From the NCBI RefSeq assembly GCF_009914755.1, contig NC_060925.1: 64,000 bases of DNA; one strand, written 5' to 3'. This document shows positions 14,830-36,105 of this stretch, piece after piece. The translations under genes and the position numbers were made by a program. Each line of letters starts with the position of its first letter. The first letter of the stretch is position 1. The stretch is from the human T2T-CHM13v2.0 reference genome, Homo sapiens. The notes under the pieces were generated by a model, which was given only the letters and a program-made list of their open reading frames with translations, searched no databases and was not told the DNA's origin.

Positions 14830-15400
14830 TACCATGGAAGAATATAAACATAGTACTTCACCTAGGGTGGCTATAGAAGGCCTCTTTTAAGAGGGGATAT
14901 TTGAGTTGAAATCTGAGTAAAGAGAAAGAGGCAGAGGAAACAGCAAGTGTGGAGGTCTCAGTGTGAAGCCAGCATGGAATGCTGAAAGAACAAAGAGGCC
15001 AGTGTTGCTTGGGTGTGGTGAATTAGGAGGAGAGTGGAGTAAGATGGGTTGAAGCACATAGCAGGGCAAAGTCATCTAGGGTCACATAAGCCATGGTGAA
15101 GAGTTAAGATATTATTCTGGTTACAATAGAGATCCTTAGGAGGGTTTTCAACAGAACAATAATGCAGTTTCATTTATGCTTTAGAAAGATCACTCTGCTT
15201 GCTCAGTGATGGATGGTCTGTGGGGAGAAGGGGGAATGTGGGTGGCAAGAGCAGCAATGGAGTAACCAATTAGGAGGCTGTTGTTGTTGTCTAGATGAAC
15301 ATGTTGGTGGACTCGATAAGGATTGTAGCAGTGTAAGTGGTGGGAAATCGTTGGCTTCAGTTTCTACTTAGAGGGAGATCCAACTTTTTCCCATTTGCAG
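14830..15400. mobile_element. L2 fragment
   Basis: L2-like motifs (tttgagttgaaatctg; ttagaaagatcactctg; aggaggctgttg...gtctagatga). Confidence 0.55.
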
Positions 15401-15756
15401 GAATGGGATAGGTAAGAGAAAAACAGGCCCACTGACTGAAACAAGGTGCTGGGTTAAGGATCCCTGACTTGTGAAAGGAGAATAAAAATCACTCCTTTCC
15501 ATTGCCAATTGGCTAACCTGGAACTAAGTCAAACCACACCAGAGATGGATGACTGAATCTGCCAATCTACCATATCCCAATTGTCACCCTGGCAGACGAA
15601 TTCCATTCACAACTCTAAAATCTGGTCTGGCCTGAGGGTCACGAGGTCTGAGTAATGGCAACTGCAAAACTTCTGGAAAGGAAAGAGTGACATATAGTGA
15701 GTGGTGAATAAGAGACAGAGAGCCTTCTAAAATTCTAAAACCTATGAAAAATATTG

Positions 15757-16042
15757 CCAGGTGCAGTGGCTCACACCTATAATCCCAGCGCTTTAAGAGG
15801 CTGAGGTGGGTGGATCACTTGAGGTCAGGAGTTTGAGACCAGCCTGGCCAACATGGTGAAACCCCATCTCTACTAAAAGTACAAAAATCAGCTGGGCATT
15901 GTGGCGAACGCCTTATAGTCTCAGCTACTTGGGAGACTAAGGCAGGAGAATCGCTTGAACCAGAGTCGGAGGTGGCAGTGAGTGGAGATCGTGCCACCAC
16001 ACTCCAGCCTAGGCGACAGGGTGAGACTCAGTTTCAAAAAAA
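15757..16042 (+). mobile_element. Alu
   Basis: Full dimer with A tail. Confidence 0.92.
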
Positions 16043-17013
16043 ATATTATAATAAAAAAATGAAAAATATAAATTTTAGAAAGGCAGCCAACAAAATCTAC
16101 AAGAGGGTCAGCACTACAATTAAATAGAAGAATCTAAAAATAACCTGAAAACCTTTGCCATCTTAAGATATACACCTCAATTTTAAGATGTATATTAGCA
16201 TGCGTCATAGTTTAATTAACAGTGTCAATTGATGACATCTTAGATTTGATGAAATATGTTTAGAAATTTCAAGGGTATAAATAAAAAATACTCACATTAG
16301 AGAATAAGCTAGTATTCAGTAAAAACAGACTAAGGTAAAAATAAAAACAGGTCAATATTTTAAAAACTGGAAATCTTGGAAGTAAGAAATATAAATCTAG
16401 ATTACATGGACAAAGGGAGAATTAATGAATTGAGAGAAAATGTTGAGGGATTTGCCAAGAATGCATAGAAAGATAAATAAAAACCTGAAAGAACAGTTCA
16501 AAATCATGAAAAACAGACTGCAAGTCTTGGACATTTACCCAATAGCTTTGGAAGAAGAAAATAGAGGAAATTGTAAAGAATCTATATTTGAAGAGATAAT
16601 AACCAATAATTCTAACTGATAGAAGTGTATTTCAAGGATTGAAGATGACAGACAGAATACATCTATATCCAGATACTTTGTACTAAAAAAGCAGATTGTA
16701 AAGAATAAAGAGAAAAATCCTAAAACTACCAAAAAGTTAAAAAGTTTGTCTGTAGAGGAATGACAATTGGACCATGAACAGAATTCTAATCTATGAATGA
16801 TTCAAGAAGATAATAAAATTATCTGTAAAATGCTGAGAAAAAATAATTTACAGTGTAGACATTTACATAAATTCAACTGTCATTCTCAAGAGTGACAGCA
16901 AAATAAAGGCACTTCAGATATACAAGGATGAAAAGAGTTAATAGCCAACAGGTCACCATTGAAAGAATGACTAACACATGCTCTTCAGGAAAAATGTAAT
17001 AGAACACAGATGG

Positions 17014-17311
<298 letters not shown>

Positions 17312-18962
17312 ACCACAAATGGCAGGATACAGGAGTCAATGATGAGCACAGAATTTGATAAACTACTATGTATTTAATTGGCATTGTCTTTAAAAACGAA
17401 CAGTATTTTGTATTTTAAATGAAATATTGTGAATATTTGCTGCACTTGTATAAGCTTTTTGCAGTTATTTTAATCTATTGTATTTTTGGTGTTTTAGACT
17501 TCTGTCATGTCAGCCTTTTGTTTTTTTCTTTAACTTTGCTTTACTGAGGTATAATTTACGTACAATAAAATACACATATTTTAATGTAATGCACAGTTTG
17601 ATAAACATTGATAAATATATGCACTCATGTAAGTAAAATCAAGATATAGAGTATTTCCATTATTCTCAGATCGTTTTCCCCTGCCCCCTTTTAGTCAATT
17701 TATTTGATTTGTTCTGTTCTTTCCTTCAGACACACTGGTTATCTCAGTGTTGGATACCTGTTTTCTTCCCTCAAAATACTATCTTGTCTAATGTGGTCAT
17801 ATTTTTGTCCCCTTACACTGCACGTTGTATATATTCCTACACCTGCTTTTCAGATTTCAATTTGGTTTACTTCAATGTTTATTTTACTCTTTGCTGCTTT
17901 TAATATAATTTTAAGTTACCTAGTAGCATTACTTGTTTCTTTAAAAATATTTTTAAATTCTGGTAGCATCATTTCATCCTTGATGATTATCTTTTACATT
18001 TCCAAATCTTATTTCATAGAATTCTGTTTTTCTTTAACTCCTTCAGCATATAGAGCAATTATTGTTTAAGTTTTTTCCTGGTTCATGGGGTACAAATTCT
18101 GCCAAAATGTGACCATCAGCTATCTTTTAAATTATGACCTCTCTTTGCTAAGGAATTTTTTCATAGGTCCCATGATTTGTTCTTATTTTTCTTTCTGCTC
18201 AACTTTGAATCAGATCACTTAAATCTGGGCTTATTATTTGTCCAAAAACAATAGATGTACATTTTTTTGATGTTCTCCCTGTTTACTTGGGCACTGTTAA
18301 ACTCTCCCCTTAGAAATTAATATGTAAATCCAGATGTCGTTACCTTATATTATGAGTTCAGGCACTTAGCTACCTCAGTAGGCTGCTAAGGAAGCTGGAG
18401 CCCTGGAAGATCGTGGAGAAGTTTATTTCTGGGCACTGTATATTTTGTGAAACCTTTTCATGACCCCAGGGTGGTGGTGGTGGCGGTGAGTACTCTGTTT
18501 ATGTGTGAGGTGTCACTTGGGTTTCATTTTTTTATCTCTCTCTTTGGGTAAGCAACTTAGTTTGGTAGTTGGGGGAGGAATTTAGTCAAGTAAGGGCCTC
18601 ATGGCTCACAGGCTACTTGATGGAATCATGTTTTTTCTTTGCACAGTTATCGTTGGTCACAGTCCAAAAATCATTTCTAGAAAACTGTATTTTGTCTCTT
18701 CTGTTATCAACCCTCCTTTCAAGTCCCTGCTCCTTCAAGTTAGGAGGTTTTTACCCTAGCTTTGAGTACATCTAAAGCAATACGAGGAAGCCAGAGAAAA
18801 AAAGTGACAAGTTATGATCGTTACATTTCTCTCCAAATATTGCTAACACAGACTTTGAATGCTGCTGACTTACAATAAGGAAAGGAATCCCAAGGGGGAC
18901 AATTTTGCATCTTTCTCTGACCTATCATTGGTAACAAACTCCATTTCTTTATGTTGAATGTA

Positions 18963-18965
<3 letters not shown>

Positions 18966-19004
<39 letters not shown>
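18966..19004. repeat. (GT)n microsatellite, about 20 units
   Basis: Read directly from sequence. Confidence 0.97.
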
Positions 19005-19005
<1 letters not shown>

Positions 19006-19820
19006 TGGAGTAGGTGGTTATAACAGGGGATTTTTTTCAGAATATTCTCTACTGGCTCTTTCAATGGTTATTCCTTTCTCCTAAGAAATGGAATTGTGCA
19101 CTGACTTCTGGAAGATTCTTTCAAACTGCTTCATATTATAATATGAGGCAGATTTTCTTTGAGTTAGGGATAAAATGTCCCACTTTCAATTTAATAAATT
19201 TTTCTTCCCTATTTTCTTTTTGTGTTATTCATTTTGGCCAGGATGAACTGAACTTGTATTTATGTTGACAACTTTCCCAGAAGTCTTACTTTGAGACTTT
19301 GATAAAAAGGATAAAATGCTTCTTCAGAGAGGCTTAAGAACTTTTCTAAAGGGAGATTGCTTTGCTGAACTAATAGAACATCCTGTCGCTGCTTTGAGGG
19401 AACACTTCAGAGAAGATGTGGCATCTTAATGGAACCTTAAGGGATAATGTAGTAAACAGAGGGTTGCCTACTTCACAGTTCTTTTTTACCCTTCTTTACT
19501 AACAGCACTCCAATCTTACCTCCTTCCAAGCAACCGCGTCCTTCAAAGAAGGCTGGGATCTTTCCTGGCTCAATAGAGTAAATCCTGAGTAATCTAAGCT
19601 GTGTTTTTCAAAATGGTGAGCTACAAACCATTCATGTCTTGCGAAATCAATTTAGTGTATCCTGAACAGCATTTTAAAAAATGAAGTAGAATAGAGTATA
19701 ACAGAATGTATCATCTGGATCCTTAGTAGTTACTGTACAAAATACAGAAATACTACAATCAAATTCAACTGACAGAGAGAAAGAGAGATAATTAGGACTC
19801 TAGGAAGATGAATCTTCTGC

Positions 19821-19823
<3 letters not shown>

Positions 19824-19865
<42 letters not shown>
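19824..19865. repeat. (GT)n microsatellite, about 21 units
   Basis: Read directly from sequence. Confidence 0.97.
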
Positions 19866-19872
<7 letters not shown>

Positions 19873-20753
19873 AAAGCATTTCTTACTGTGGCCATGTTAA
19901 AAGTTGGAAAAAGTGATCTAAGCCAATGATGATTTATTGGTTTAGATGTGGATGCATGAGGCTATTTGAGACAAAGAAACATACGGGGGAGTTGGCGTTG
20001 GGAAAACATTTTTTTTTCATTCTTACCAAGGCATAAAAAGCATTTCCAGTCACACAACCTATCTTGAATAGTTGTCATCATATTGTACAGCAAGGATAGG
20101 AGGACAAGCTACCTGCTAAGACCATTGACGAAAGAGAGAGGAACTGGACATTTTTTCCCCCACTGTATTCCTCTATTCAATCTCAGAGGCCACAATCAGA
20201 CAGACAGAAAACTCGAGAATATTTTTTTTCTTGCATCTGTAGTGGAAACCTTAGCAGCAGACAGTAACTACTCCAGGTCTGTCAAATAGATGCATGGAAC
20301 TGAATATCTGATGACATTATAAAGCCCCTGAATGAGTCAACCCTGCAAAAGCCTTTCTGATGGACTTCTTGTTTTTTTTTTAGATAATAAATATCTTTAC
20401 TGTTTAAGCTACAGGCAGTTGGATTTTCTTTTACTTAGGGCTAAAATCTCTTAACTATTAAAGACAATCAGGAATCCATCAGGTGAAAACATATGTTTTA
20501 AGCATAGACAACAGACAATGAATCAAATCACACAGTAATTTGGTTAACTAAGTAAAACAGCCTATTAAATATGACTAGAATCAGTGTGGTGTGGATAGGT
20601 TTAAGAGTAAGAAAAGAAGGCTGGAGAAAGATCGTTATGGTAGTATGATCAAAGACGAATATTCCTTGGATAAAGATTTTCTTAATGCTTACACACTAAT
20701 TTTAGGTGCAGATAACTTTCAGTTATTTCAATGTAAACATGCAATTTGTATAC

Positions 20754-20898
20754 CTGTAAATAAAGTAGAGTCTTTTTCCTTTTTATGAGCATTAGACTGA
20801 ATGTTGAACATAGGAGAAAAGTCTGTAGAACCCAGTGATCTTCTACATGCTTGTCTATGCTGTGAATATAGAACATTCAAAGGCCCTGCATTTTCCAT
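20754..20898 (-). CDS. C1orf141: C1orf141 alternative cassette exon B (MENAGPLNVLYSQHRQACRRSLGSTDFSPMFNIQSNAHKKEKDSTLFT), 145 nt; alternative in-frame acceptor at 20859
   Basis: tttttcctgatgtttag acceptor and CAG|gtatac donor; open in phase 0/1. Confidence 0.75.
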
Positions 20899-22560
20899 CT
20901 AAACATCAGGAAAAATGGAAAATTATCTTAGAAACTATTTCTTTCCGTGTATATTAATAAATAATTTATGCTTGAGTATTCACATTTGCAATATTGAATT
21001 ATGATAACTAACAGCTGTCTGGTTCTTTAAATATTTTAAAATGTGATTTATTTAATTCTCAAAAAAACCTACTATGAGATGGGCATTATCAATAAAAAAA
21101 CAAACCTTCACAAGTTAAAAGATCTGCTTATGCTCACATTTTTTACTAATTTTTATTTTCTTTGTCTATAAAACTTAGCCTTTATAGTCACATAAAATTT
21201 ATCTCTCTAAGTTCAGGGGAAGTCTAAAGTTCAAATGCTGGGAAATAAAGCCTTCTCTGTTTTGACAAACTATTACTCTCTCTAACATAGAGTAGGTACA
21301 GCAGATCAGTTCTGAGTAGAGAAGAAACTGAAAAACAATGATCTGGCTTTTCCTAAGCTAGAGTATCAGATTGGCAGATTGGGTCCATATATTTTTTATT
21401 AAAATGTACATATCTAGGCGCTCAAAATATACATATGCACATGTTAATATAAACTGAATACTTTGTGATTCTCTGTTAACAAGCTAAACAAATAAATGTT
21501 TAGAACCCATATGTTTTTCACACTAGGCACAGAATATATTTAGTTCTGGATAATATGAAATAAAAATAAGGTATATGACAAAAGTCTAGGCCACAAAGAC
21601 CTCACATTTTTATGGTATAGATAGGATTTGCATACACAAAACAGTAGTAAATAAAATAGAGTAATATTACTAAAAAGCAAACCAATCAATACAATCTACA
21701 AATGAGGAAGAGTTTAAAAAGGGAGGGATATCAATAAAGACTAGAATAGACAGGAAAGATTTCATAGAGGAAGAAGAAAATGCTAAGATTTAAAAGATGA
21801 GGGCATTGCAGGCGAGGTCAACAGCATAAGCCTGGAATGTTCATAAGACAGGCAGAAAAATAGCATATTTATAGCAGGAAGGCATTTATTATTTATTGGG
21901 ATTAAAAGATAAGTTCAAATAGGTAAGAAGACGAGTTGTGAGAGGGATAGACCACAGATGTCTTGAAAGACAAATAAAGCAAATTTATCCTAAAGAAAAA
22001 TTAACAAAATTGTCATGAGGAATAGAAAATTGGAGCATATCAATAATTCTTAAAAGGAATGTAAGGGAGTTTCTAATAACTACCTTTAAAACATAGTTTA
22101 AAAGAGTAACCAGCCCCGGATAGATTTACAAATAAGTTGTTTTAAGCTTTCATGGAACAAATTGTTCTCATGCAATATAATATCAATTAAATTAAAAAGT
22201 AAACAGCTTTTCAGTTCTTTTTATAAGCTGGCATAGTCTTAAAAGCCAAAGTCTGGAAAAATAAAGAAGCTTACAAGCTAATCTTACCTATGACTTCAGG
22301 ATTTTTCACAAATTTAAAATAAAATACCAATCAACACTAGACTAGTACAAGTTTACAACAGCCAAATAAAACCATCAAGAAATTAAAGGTTTCTATATGT
22401 TATTATAACTCATTACCCATAGGTCAAAAAGGATTAAAATGTTGTAATTATTTTAACAGCTGCAATACTGATAAATCTGATAAATTTAACAACTATTATT
22501 GATAAGAACTATAATAAAACTACATAAAGATAATATTTTCTTAATGTGATAAAGAATATT

Positions 22561-22867
<307 letters not shown>

Positions 22868-23019
22868 TTAAACATAATTTAAAAAATTCTATATATGTGT
22901 AAAAGTAACAGCCAACATCATCATTAATGGTAATATATTAGTCTATGACATGGCAACAGTAACATCTATCACCACAATTATTTATAAATTTTTAGGGAGT
23001 GCCCAATAATGCAACAGGA

Positions 23020-25120
<2,101 letters not shown>

Positions 25121-25122
25121 CT

Positions 25123-25362
25123 GGCCTGGCATAGTGGCTCACGCCTGTAATCCCCGCACTTTGGGAGGCTGAGGTGAGTGGATCACCTGAGGTGGGGAGT
25201 TCGAGACCAGCCTGACCAACGTGGAGAAACCCTGTCTCTACTAAAAATTCAAACAATTAGCCGGGCGTGGTGGCGCATGCCTGTAATCCCAGCTACTCGG
25301 CAGGCTGAGGCAGGAGAATCGCTTGAACCCAGGAGGTGGAGGTTGCAGTGAGCCGAGATCAC
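25123..25362 (+). mobile_element. Alu, 3'-truncated (no tail)
   Basis: Ends abruptly at gagccgagatcac. Confidence 0.88.
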
Positions 25363-25647
25363 TAAAACAAAGAGTGTCCTTCTCTTAATAAACTTCCTGC
25401 TAGTGTGGGTTTTGGCTCCTGAGAGCAAAATTCTCTTTATGGTAGCATCTGCAAAAAAGGCTACCAGTCAAACTGCCTACTCCCTGCCCTCATATCCTAA
25501 AGTAAGGTGGTTGAGAACTCTGCCATATACACAGAACAGTTAGGTTTTCATTCTGGGGATAGACTTACTTGTAAAATTAGTGGCAGCTTCCTGGAAAAAT
25601 TAACCCCATCTTCATTCTTAAATATCACAAATAAAAATGTACCAATG

Positions 25648-26002
25648 TCTTATTTTATTCAAGCTGCTATAATAAAATCCCTTAAACAGGGTAATAGAAA
25701 TAATAAAAATTTACTTCTCACAATTTTCAGGCTGGGAAGTCCAAGATCAAGTCATCAGCAGATTTAGTGTTTAGTAAGGGCTCGCTCTCGGATTCATAGG
25801 TGGTGCCTTATTGCTGTGTCCTCACATGGGAGAAGGGGCAAACAGCTCTCTAGAATCTCTTTTATAAGGTCACTAATCCCATTCGTGAGGGCTCTGCCCC
25901 ATGACCTAATCACCTCCTAAAGGCATCACTCCTTAATACCATCACATTGGCTATTAAGTTTCAACATATGAATTTTGAGGGTACACATTCAGACCATAGC
26001 AA
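25648..26002 (-). mobile_element. MaLR LTR (MLT1A/MST-like)
   Basis: gctgctataataaaat...ctgggaagtccaagatcaag...cacattcagaccatagca. Confidence 0.75.
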
Positions 26003-26025
26003 CCACATATGATAAAAATCAGCAA

Positions 26026-26562
26026 TCACCTGAGGTCAGGAGTTCAAGACCAGCCTGGCCAACATGGACCCCATCTCTACTAAAAATACAAAAATCAGCT
26101 GGGCATGGTGGTGCATACCTGTAGTCCCAGCTATTCAGGAAGCTGAGGCAGTAGAATCACTGGAACCCAGGAGGTGAAGGTTGCAGTGAGCAGAAATCGT
26201 GCCACTGCACTCCAGCCTAGGTGATGGAGCAAGACTCTGTCTCAAAAAAACAAACAAACAACAAAAACCAACAAATAATCCCATCAAAAAGTAGGCAAAG
26301 GATATGAATAGATAATTTTCAAAATAAGATATACAAATGAAAAAATGCTCAACATCACTAATTATCAGGGAAATGCAAATTAAAACCACAATGAGATACT
26401 GCCTTATTCCTGAAAGAATGGCCATAATTTAAAAATTTTTTAAAAAATAGACCTTGGCATGGATGTGGTAAAAAGGGAACACTTTTACACTGTTGGTGGG
26501 AATGTAAACTAGTATAAACACTATGGAAAACAGTATGAAAATACCTTAAAGAATTAAAAGTA
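26026..26562 (+). mobile_element. 5'-truncated Alu (26026-26265) followed by a primate L1 ORF2 3' fragment (~26270-26562)
   Basis: Alu starts at tcacctgagg; L1 motifs gaaatgcaaattaaaaccacaatgagatac and ttggtgggaatgtaaactagt. Confidence 0.8.
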
Positions 26563-26988
<426 letters not shown>

Positions 26989-29092
26989 TCATGAACAATT
27001 CCTCCAAGAACATTGGAATGGATTACACACAATAGAGAGAATGAATAAAAAACTTGATCATTTTCACATATGATAAGAAAGTTACATGCTTCTTTTTTGG
27101 AGGCTGCAGATCTTAGTGACAATGAGCATGAATCAAACTGCTGGGTTCTTCCTGGTTCTGTCATATACTATTTGATCCCAGGCAAGTTGCTTATCTTCCT
27201 TGTGCCTCTTTTTTCTCAGGGATAATAGTATTTACGTCATTGGGTTGTTGAGGATGTAATTTTTCTTTGAATAGTGCTTGAGGCACATATGCAATTACAT
27301 GTTTGATATTATTATCATCATTTCCCACAAGAAAAAAGAAAGGCCATTAGAAAGTCCAAGAAAAAACATAAAAGTGTACTGAACAGTTAAGGTCTAAATA
27401 TGAGGGAAACTAAAACATGGCATTTTTTTAGTAATAGATAGAGAAAAAAGAGTCCATTGTTGTTAAATTGTACCCACTGAGAAGAAAGGTAATCCAAGCA
27501 CATTACTTTGTTCGGTAATGATTATTACAGAGACATTACTATAATGTAAATGAAATGATTATTTATAAATAATAATATAAATGCTGTTAATAGTATTTTG
27601 AGTTTTAGAATTAACCTACAAACAACTTAATCAGAGTTCAAAGCTGAATATAATAGTTGACTTAAAAAATGTGAAAGTAAATAAATATATACTTGACCTA
27701 GGGAAGAAGTGTGGAAGATAGTTGGAAGACAGGATAAAACTGTTAAGATCTTCATCATATATAAAGGGGAATCAGGAGTTAGTGATTAAAAATGATGGGA
27801 AAAAAGTTAGATATATTATTTCAAGTTGCAAAAATTAACAATAGAAGAAAGGAAAAAAGTAACTATCAAAGATCCAGAAGAGGAAAGTGGGGAGAGGCAG
27901 GATGCACGGTGGTATAAACAATCTTTGTTATTGATTTTCACTAGATAATGTTTAAAGTTGATAAATTAAAATCAGCAGTAGAAACTCATTCTTTAGAAAT
28001 ATGGAGTTAATCTTATAAGGTACTGAAACCCAAAAAGGTTAAACTTGGTTGCTTCTGAAAAGAGGAAATTAGAAGAGGAAGCAGAGAATGAAAGGGCTGT
28101 GTGTGCTTATTAGTGTTTCTCTACTATTTGCATTTAAAATATCACATGGATATTTCTATTTTTAAAAAACTAAAATTTTATAATTTTTACATAAGATGCT
28201 AGTAAATGTATTATGATAAGTAACCTGATTGTGACGTTATGTTGTAATACATAGCTTGGGGGACTTTTATTAACCATGAACCTAAATAAAACATGAAATT
28301 AAATAAACCATGTAGATGAAGATAAAACTGATAATCCTTTTAATATTTTTTAAATTATAAAATATAGGAATATGCAACAAAAATTTGTTATTAATTATGG
28401 CCCTAAGTCTGTATTTCTCCATATTTCTTTATATATATATTATATATATATAAAATACAAAAATTAATACTTAAGAGACTCTCTAAAGTGACTTTCCCTT
28501 GCTAATTCTCTGGTTTAATTTATCTCTATAGTTCCCTATATAAAAACTACTGAATGATGTCCAAGGCACACTCAATGCTCAGAGCTAGTCACTCTTCAGC
28601 ATGCCCATGAACTTCTGCTGAAGTGATTATCAAGAGTCAATAGTGTTGGTTCCAAACCTCTTTCTGGTAGTTGCTATTGCAATTATGTAATTTAATTAAC
28701 CACCACACATAGCATACTCAAAAAAAGGTCTTGGTTACACATTAAAAGATTAACAAATTGATATATATTTTTATTTAATAAATTTGGATGTTTAAGTTTT
28801 ACATGTATGTTTTTTATGATGCTCTGTCTTAACTGACTTTATAAGTGCTAGTCCTTACCATGTTCAATAATCTCTACTGTATTGAAATATCTCCAACAAA
28901 TAATATATTATCTTCTCTACTGTCTCCATACATAAAGTTTTACATAATATCAGAGATGAAATCACTTTAACATTTTATCATTTTGAATCCTAAAATTCAC
29001 TTGAATTTTGGATTTGTAGGAGCATATATAAAATTATTAGGACTAATTTGAATTTCTATTAAGTAATTACTGAGTATACAAATTACACCTAC

Positions 29093-29160
29093 CTCAGTTG
29101 TATCCTTAAGATAAAGATAGGGTCTAATAGATCTTGATTTTAGATGTTCTTCTACTGGCT
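29093..29160 (-). CDS. C1orf141: C1orf141 alternative cassette exon A (EPVEEHLKSRSIRPYLYLKDTTE), 68 nt
   Basis: tttgtttctttag acceptor and GAG|gtaggt donor; phase 1/0; peptide visible in ORF track 28997..29188. Confidence 0.78.
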
Positions 29161-29829
29161 CTAAAGAAACAAACATAAGTATTTCCATGCTATTAAGTTA
29201 CTTCTAATTAAACCCAATCAACCATTTTCTCCACTGCAGTAAACTTTTAAGAAATGTAAAAGAATAATTTTATTTACTTACATATGCATTGCTTGTACAT
29301 GGTTAGAGCTAAATCTATTTTAGAATAATTTGCCTTAAAGTGAATTTCTATTAACAGACTATAACTTTCAATTATTTACTATTATATGATAAAGCTATAT
29401 TGTCTTGGAAAATGATGGATTTCTAAATAAAATAGAATCATATGTGTTATTCAAAAAATATTTTGGCTAATTCCTTTGAAAAGAGAAATAGAAATAGTCC
29501 CTTCTACCTGCATTTCTCTCATATTCAGTTATGAGTTTTAGTAATCTGAATTATCATCCAATGGATATTCTTAAAGTAAGTATGGTGCAGGGGTCAGGCA
29601 TACAGACTTTGGACTTAGATAGCCTGGGTCCAAATTGCACCTTTTTGTGTGGGTTACATAGCCATAGCCATAGGAAAGTTACTTAACATCTGTGAGTCTT
29701 ACTTTCCTCATTTGTTAACTGGAAACAATAGCACTTATAGAAATACTTTCTGAGTTAAATGAAATAATAGATGTAACAAATTTAATACGGAGTCTGGTAG
29801 TCATTCAATCAATAGTTATTTGTTGATCA

Positions 29830-31272
<1,443 letters not shown>

Positions 31273-32192
31273 CTATATGATTTAAGGAAAGAAAATGGAT
31301 TAGAGATTTTTGCTACCATTATGGAAGGCCAGGTGATTAGTAACAGCCCTCCTGCTGAAAACACCTTAAAAGGCTAGATTGAATATTTTTTAAAGTCTAA
31401 AGAGAATCATTGACTTAAAAGATGATAAGGGATCCCTGGTCTTAAATCTAGGAGAAGATAAGAACTCAGATAGGGAAGCCCAACATGCCAAGCCACTTTT
31501 TCCCTGAGAGTATTTGTGATGTGAAGGTAAGATCAAGTTTTGGAAGCTTCATGGCTTGAGATAGAAAAAAACAAAAAGCTGACCAAAGGTCCAAAGTTTT
31601 GATATTTAAATGTTCTCCAGTTCCCTTCCCCCACACACAAAAAACCCCCACACCTATTCATTTTACCTGGGATCCAAAAGGGTTACAACCTTAGGGTGAA
31701 CTAGAATAGTTAAGATTGCCACCTGGATGTTTTAGGGAAAGTGAAGCCTTGAATGCTTTAGTATGTTCTGACAAGTACTGCCTCCATATACCTGGCATAA
31801 ACAATAAAAAAAAAAAAAATCTTTTCTGGAGTAACGTATCATCACCCTAGTTCTCAAATTGTTCCTATAAATAATTTTCCAAATACCGTCCAGCACACAT
31901 TCAAAGATAATAAGACACATAAGGAAATATGACATTATGAAAGTGAATCATGAGAAATAAAATAACAATGTGTATAACAAATCCTTTGAGAAATCAAGTT
32001 ATGAAGCATAATAGAGAAATTAAGCAATAGGGGGTGATGTGGAGTCAAGAAACCTCAGTTAAGAAGGTTGATGAGAATTATGCAATTGAATGATTGTTTG
32101 ATAATGGAGAGAAAGAGAAAAACGAAGGCAACACGAAAAGCTCAAATTCTCTGAGAACTGATAATGCTGATTCCTAGCTCACGGACTCCTAA

Positions 32193-32516
<324 letters not shown>

Positions 32517-32829
32517 TGAAAGTAAGTTTCTATTAAGCAAGCTGTTCATACTTGACTTCTAAAAAACAATAACAAGGAAATTCTCAGCATTGAGCTGAAA
32601 GGAAACTCAGAGATTTTCTTTCTAGAAGAAAACAACACATAACACTATAAACATAAAAATATATTCCTATTTTGTGAATTGTATAAATTGTCCATTCTGA
32701 TATTTAACATCTCTTCTTCTTAGTAAGTTCTTTTTTATAGTTCATGGAAATGCTTTTGACAGAGATCAAATTATCAAGAACCTTTAAGACACACATCGGT
32801 AAATAATAAAATAAATAAAGCACCCATTA

Positions 32830-33006
<177 letters not shown>

Positions 33007-33479
33007 TTAAAATAATGAGAAAAATTACAAAATAAATCTAAAAAATAAATTTGGAGGAATGTGAAGTCCTAGTTATACAGACTTGGATGTTATGTTAATG
33101 TTGTCACAGTACCAAGTGTGAAACATTGGACTGATTAAATAGGAGCTGAAAATATTAGTTTTAGTCGTTTAAAGTGGAGGGGGACAGAAAACTACTTGCT
33201 GCTGTGATAGCATTGAGGGCACTCCAAGAAACTTATTCACAAGCTGATTAACCCTTTCAGAAAAATATGCTGGAAATAACTTCAGTGAGACATTGAGGAC
33301 ATTACTGGACCTGAATCAAAGTGGTGGGACATAGAGTTAGGGAATTCAGGTACTAGAAAGGATCACAGCATTTATTTATTGTAAAGACAAATTATCCTCC
33401 TCTAAATTACTTAACTGGCTAGTGATGGTATATTAGAAAATTAATAGTATTACATAATTGATACTCTTTCTGACCTCTA

Positions 33480-34997
<1,518 letters not shown>

Positions 34998-36105
34998 TTA
35001 TCATCGTACTTTTTAATGGGTTTTCAGTTTGTTCTCTCTTTTAAAAATAATTATGTAATCTCCGTAAAACAATTTATCTGTTCCTTTCAAAAAATGTATC
35101 TTATGTTCTTATTAATATCATTGGGGAGGACTTCTAGGAGAGTGTAGTATACTAGTGAGAATGGGCATTGTTCTGTTTCTAACTTGAATGAGAATGAGTC
35201 AAGGGTTTCTAAGGATGATGCTGGCTATATAGTCTTGTTAAGGAGGTAATATTTTATCCTTATCTTAAAAATACTTATATTGCTAAAGTATGTTTTTCAA
35301 ATTCATTTGCAGAGTATATAAAGATATTCAGATATGAATTTCCTTGTGGTGAACCAAAGAGCATAGGCTTTGAAGTTAGACCTTACTTTGCATCTTGACT
35401 CTATGTGAACTTCCATAGAATATTGAATACTCTGAATCTCAGTCCTTCATGTGTCAAATAAGGTTAATAGTTATCTCAAGGGATTGTTGTAAGAATTAAG
35501 TAAAATAAAGTTTAGAAAGTGATCAACAAAATGTCATAGAGATAAATGAGGATACTCTTTCTTATTCCTGAAATTTACTCCACTTAGTCATAGTGGAGTA
35601 ATATTTATTTAATATAGTGTTGGATTTCATTTTGTTAAAATAAGTTGTTGAGTGGCAATTATTCCGTTGCCTTAGAATTGGTGACCAGGTGACTTTTTAC
35701 TCCACAGCTGAGTAAAAAGGAGCAATACATACTCTGTATTCTACAAAGATCCACCAATACTTGGAGCAAGAGATTCTTTTAGGCCTTCAAATAAAAGAAA
35801 ACTGGTGGGGGAAAAAAGAAAAATATCAGAATTGTGAGTCATTGACCTGTTAGGGTCTGCTGTGGCTTTTTCCTCTTTTCTCAATGTGGGAGGGGCAGGG
35901 ATGCTTCCTCCACAAAACTGATGAGGGAGTTCCCAAAGAATCACTCATAGAGACTGGCATCTTATTCCTCAGTTGCACATCTGTTAGACACCACACTTGC
36001 TGATTTGCCCCATGTCAAATTTGGAGTGAGTGGAATAAGCAAGTAAAGTAGACACCCTGCACCACACTGTTTGGCATGGCCAGGATACTTGAGTTTCTGG
36101 GGAAA

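Noticed and set aside
16175-16258. Short imperfect palindromic stretch (catcttaagatatacac...ttaagatgtata...catcttagatttgatgaaata)
   Set aside because: Most likely the end of a small DNA-transposon fossil (MER104-like), not a novel structure
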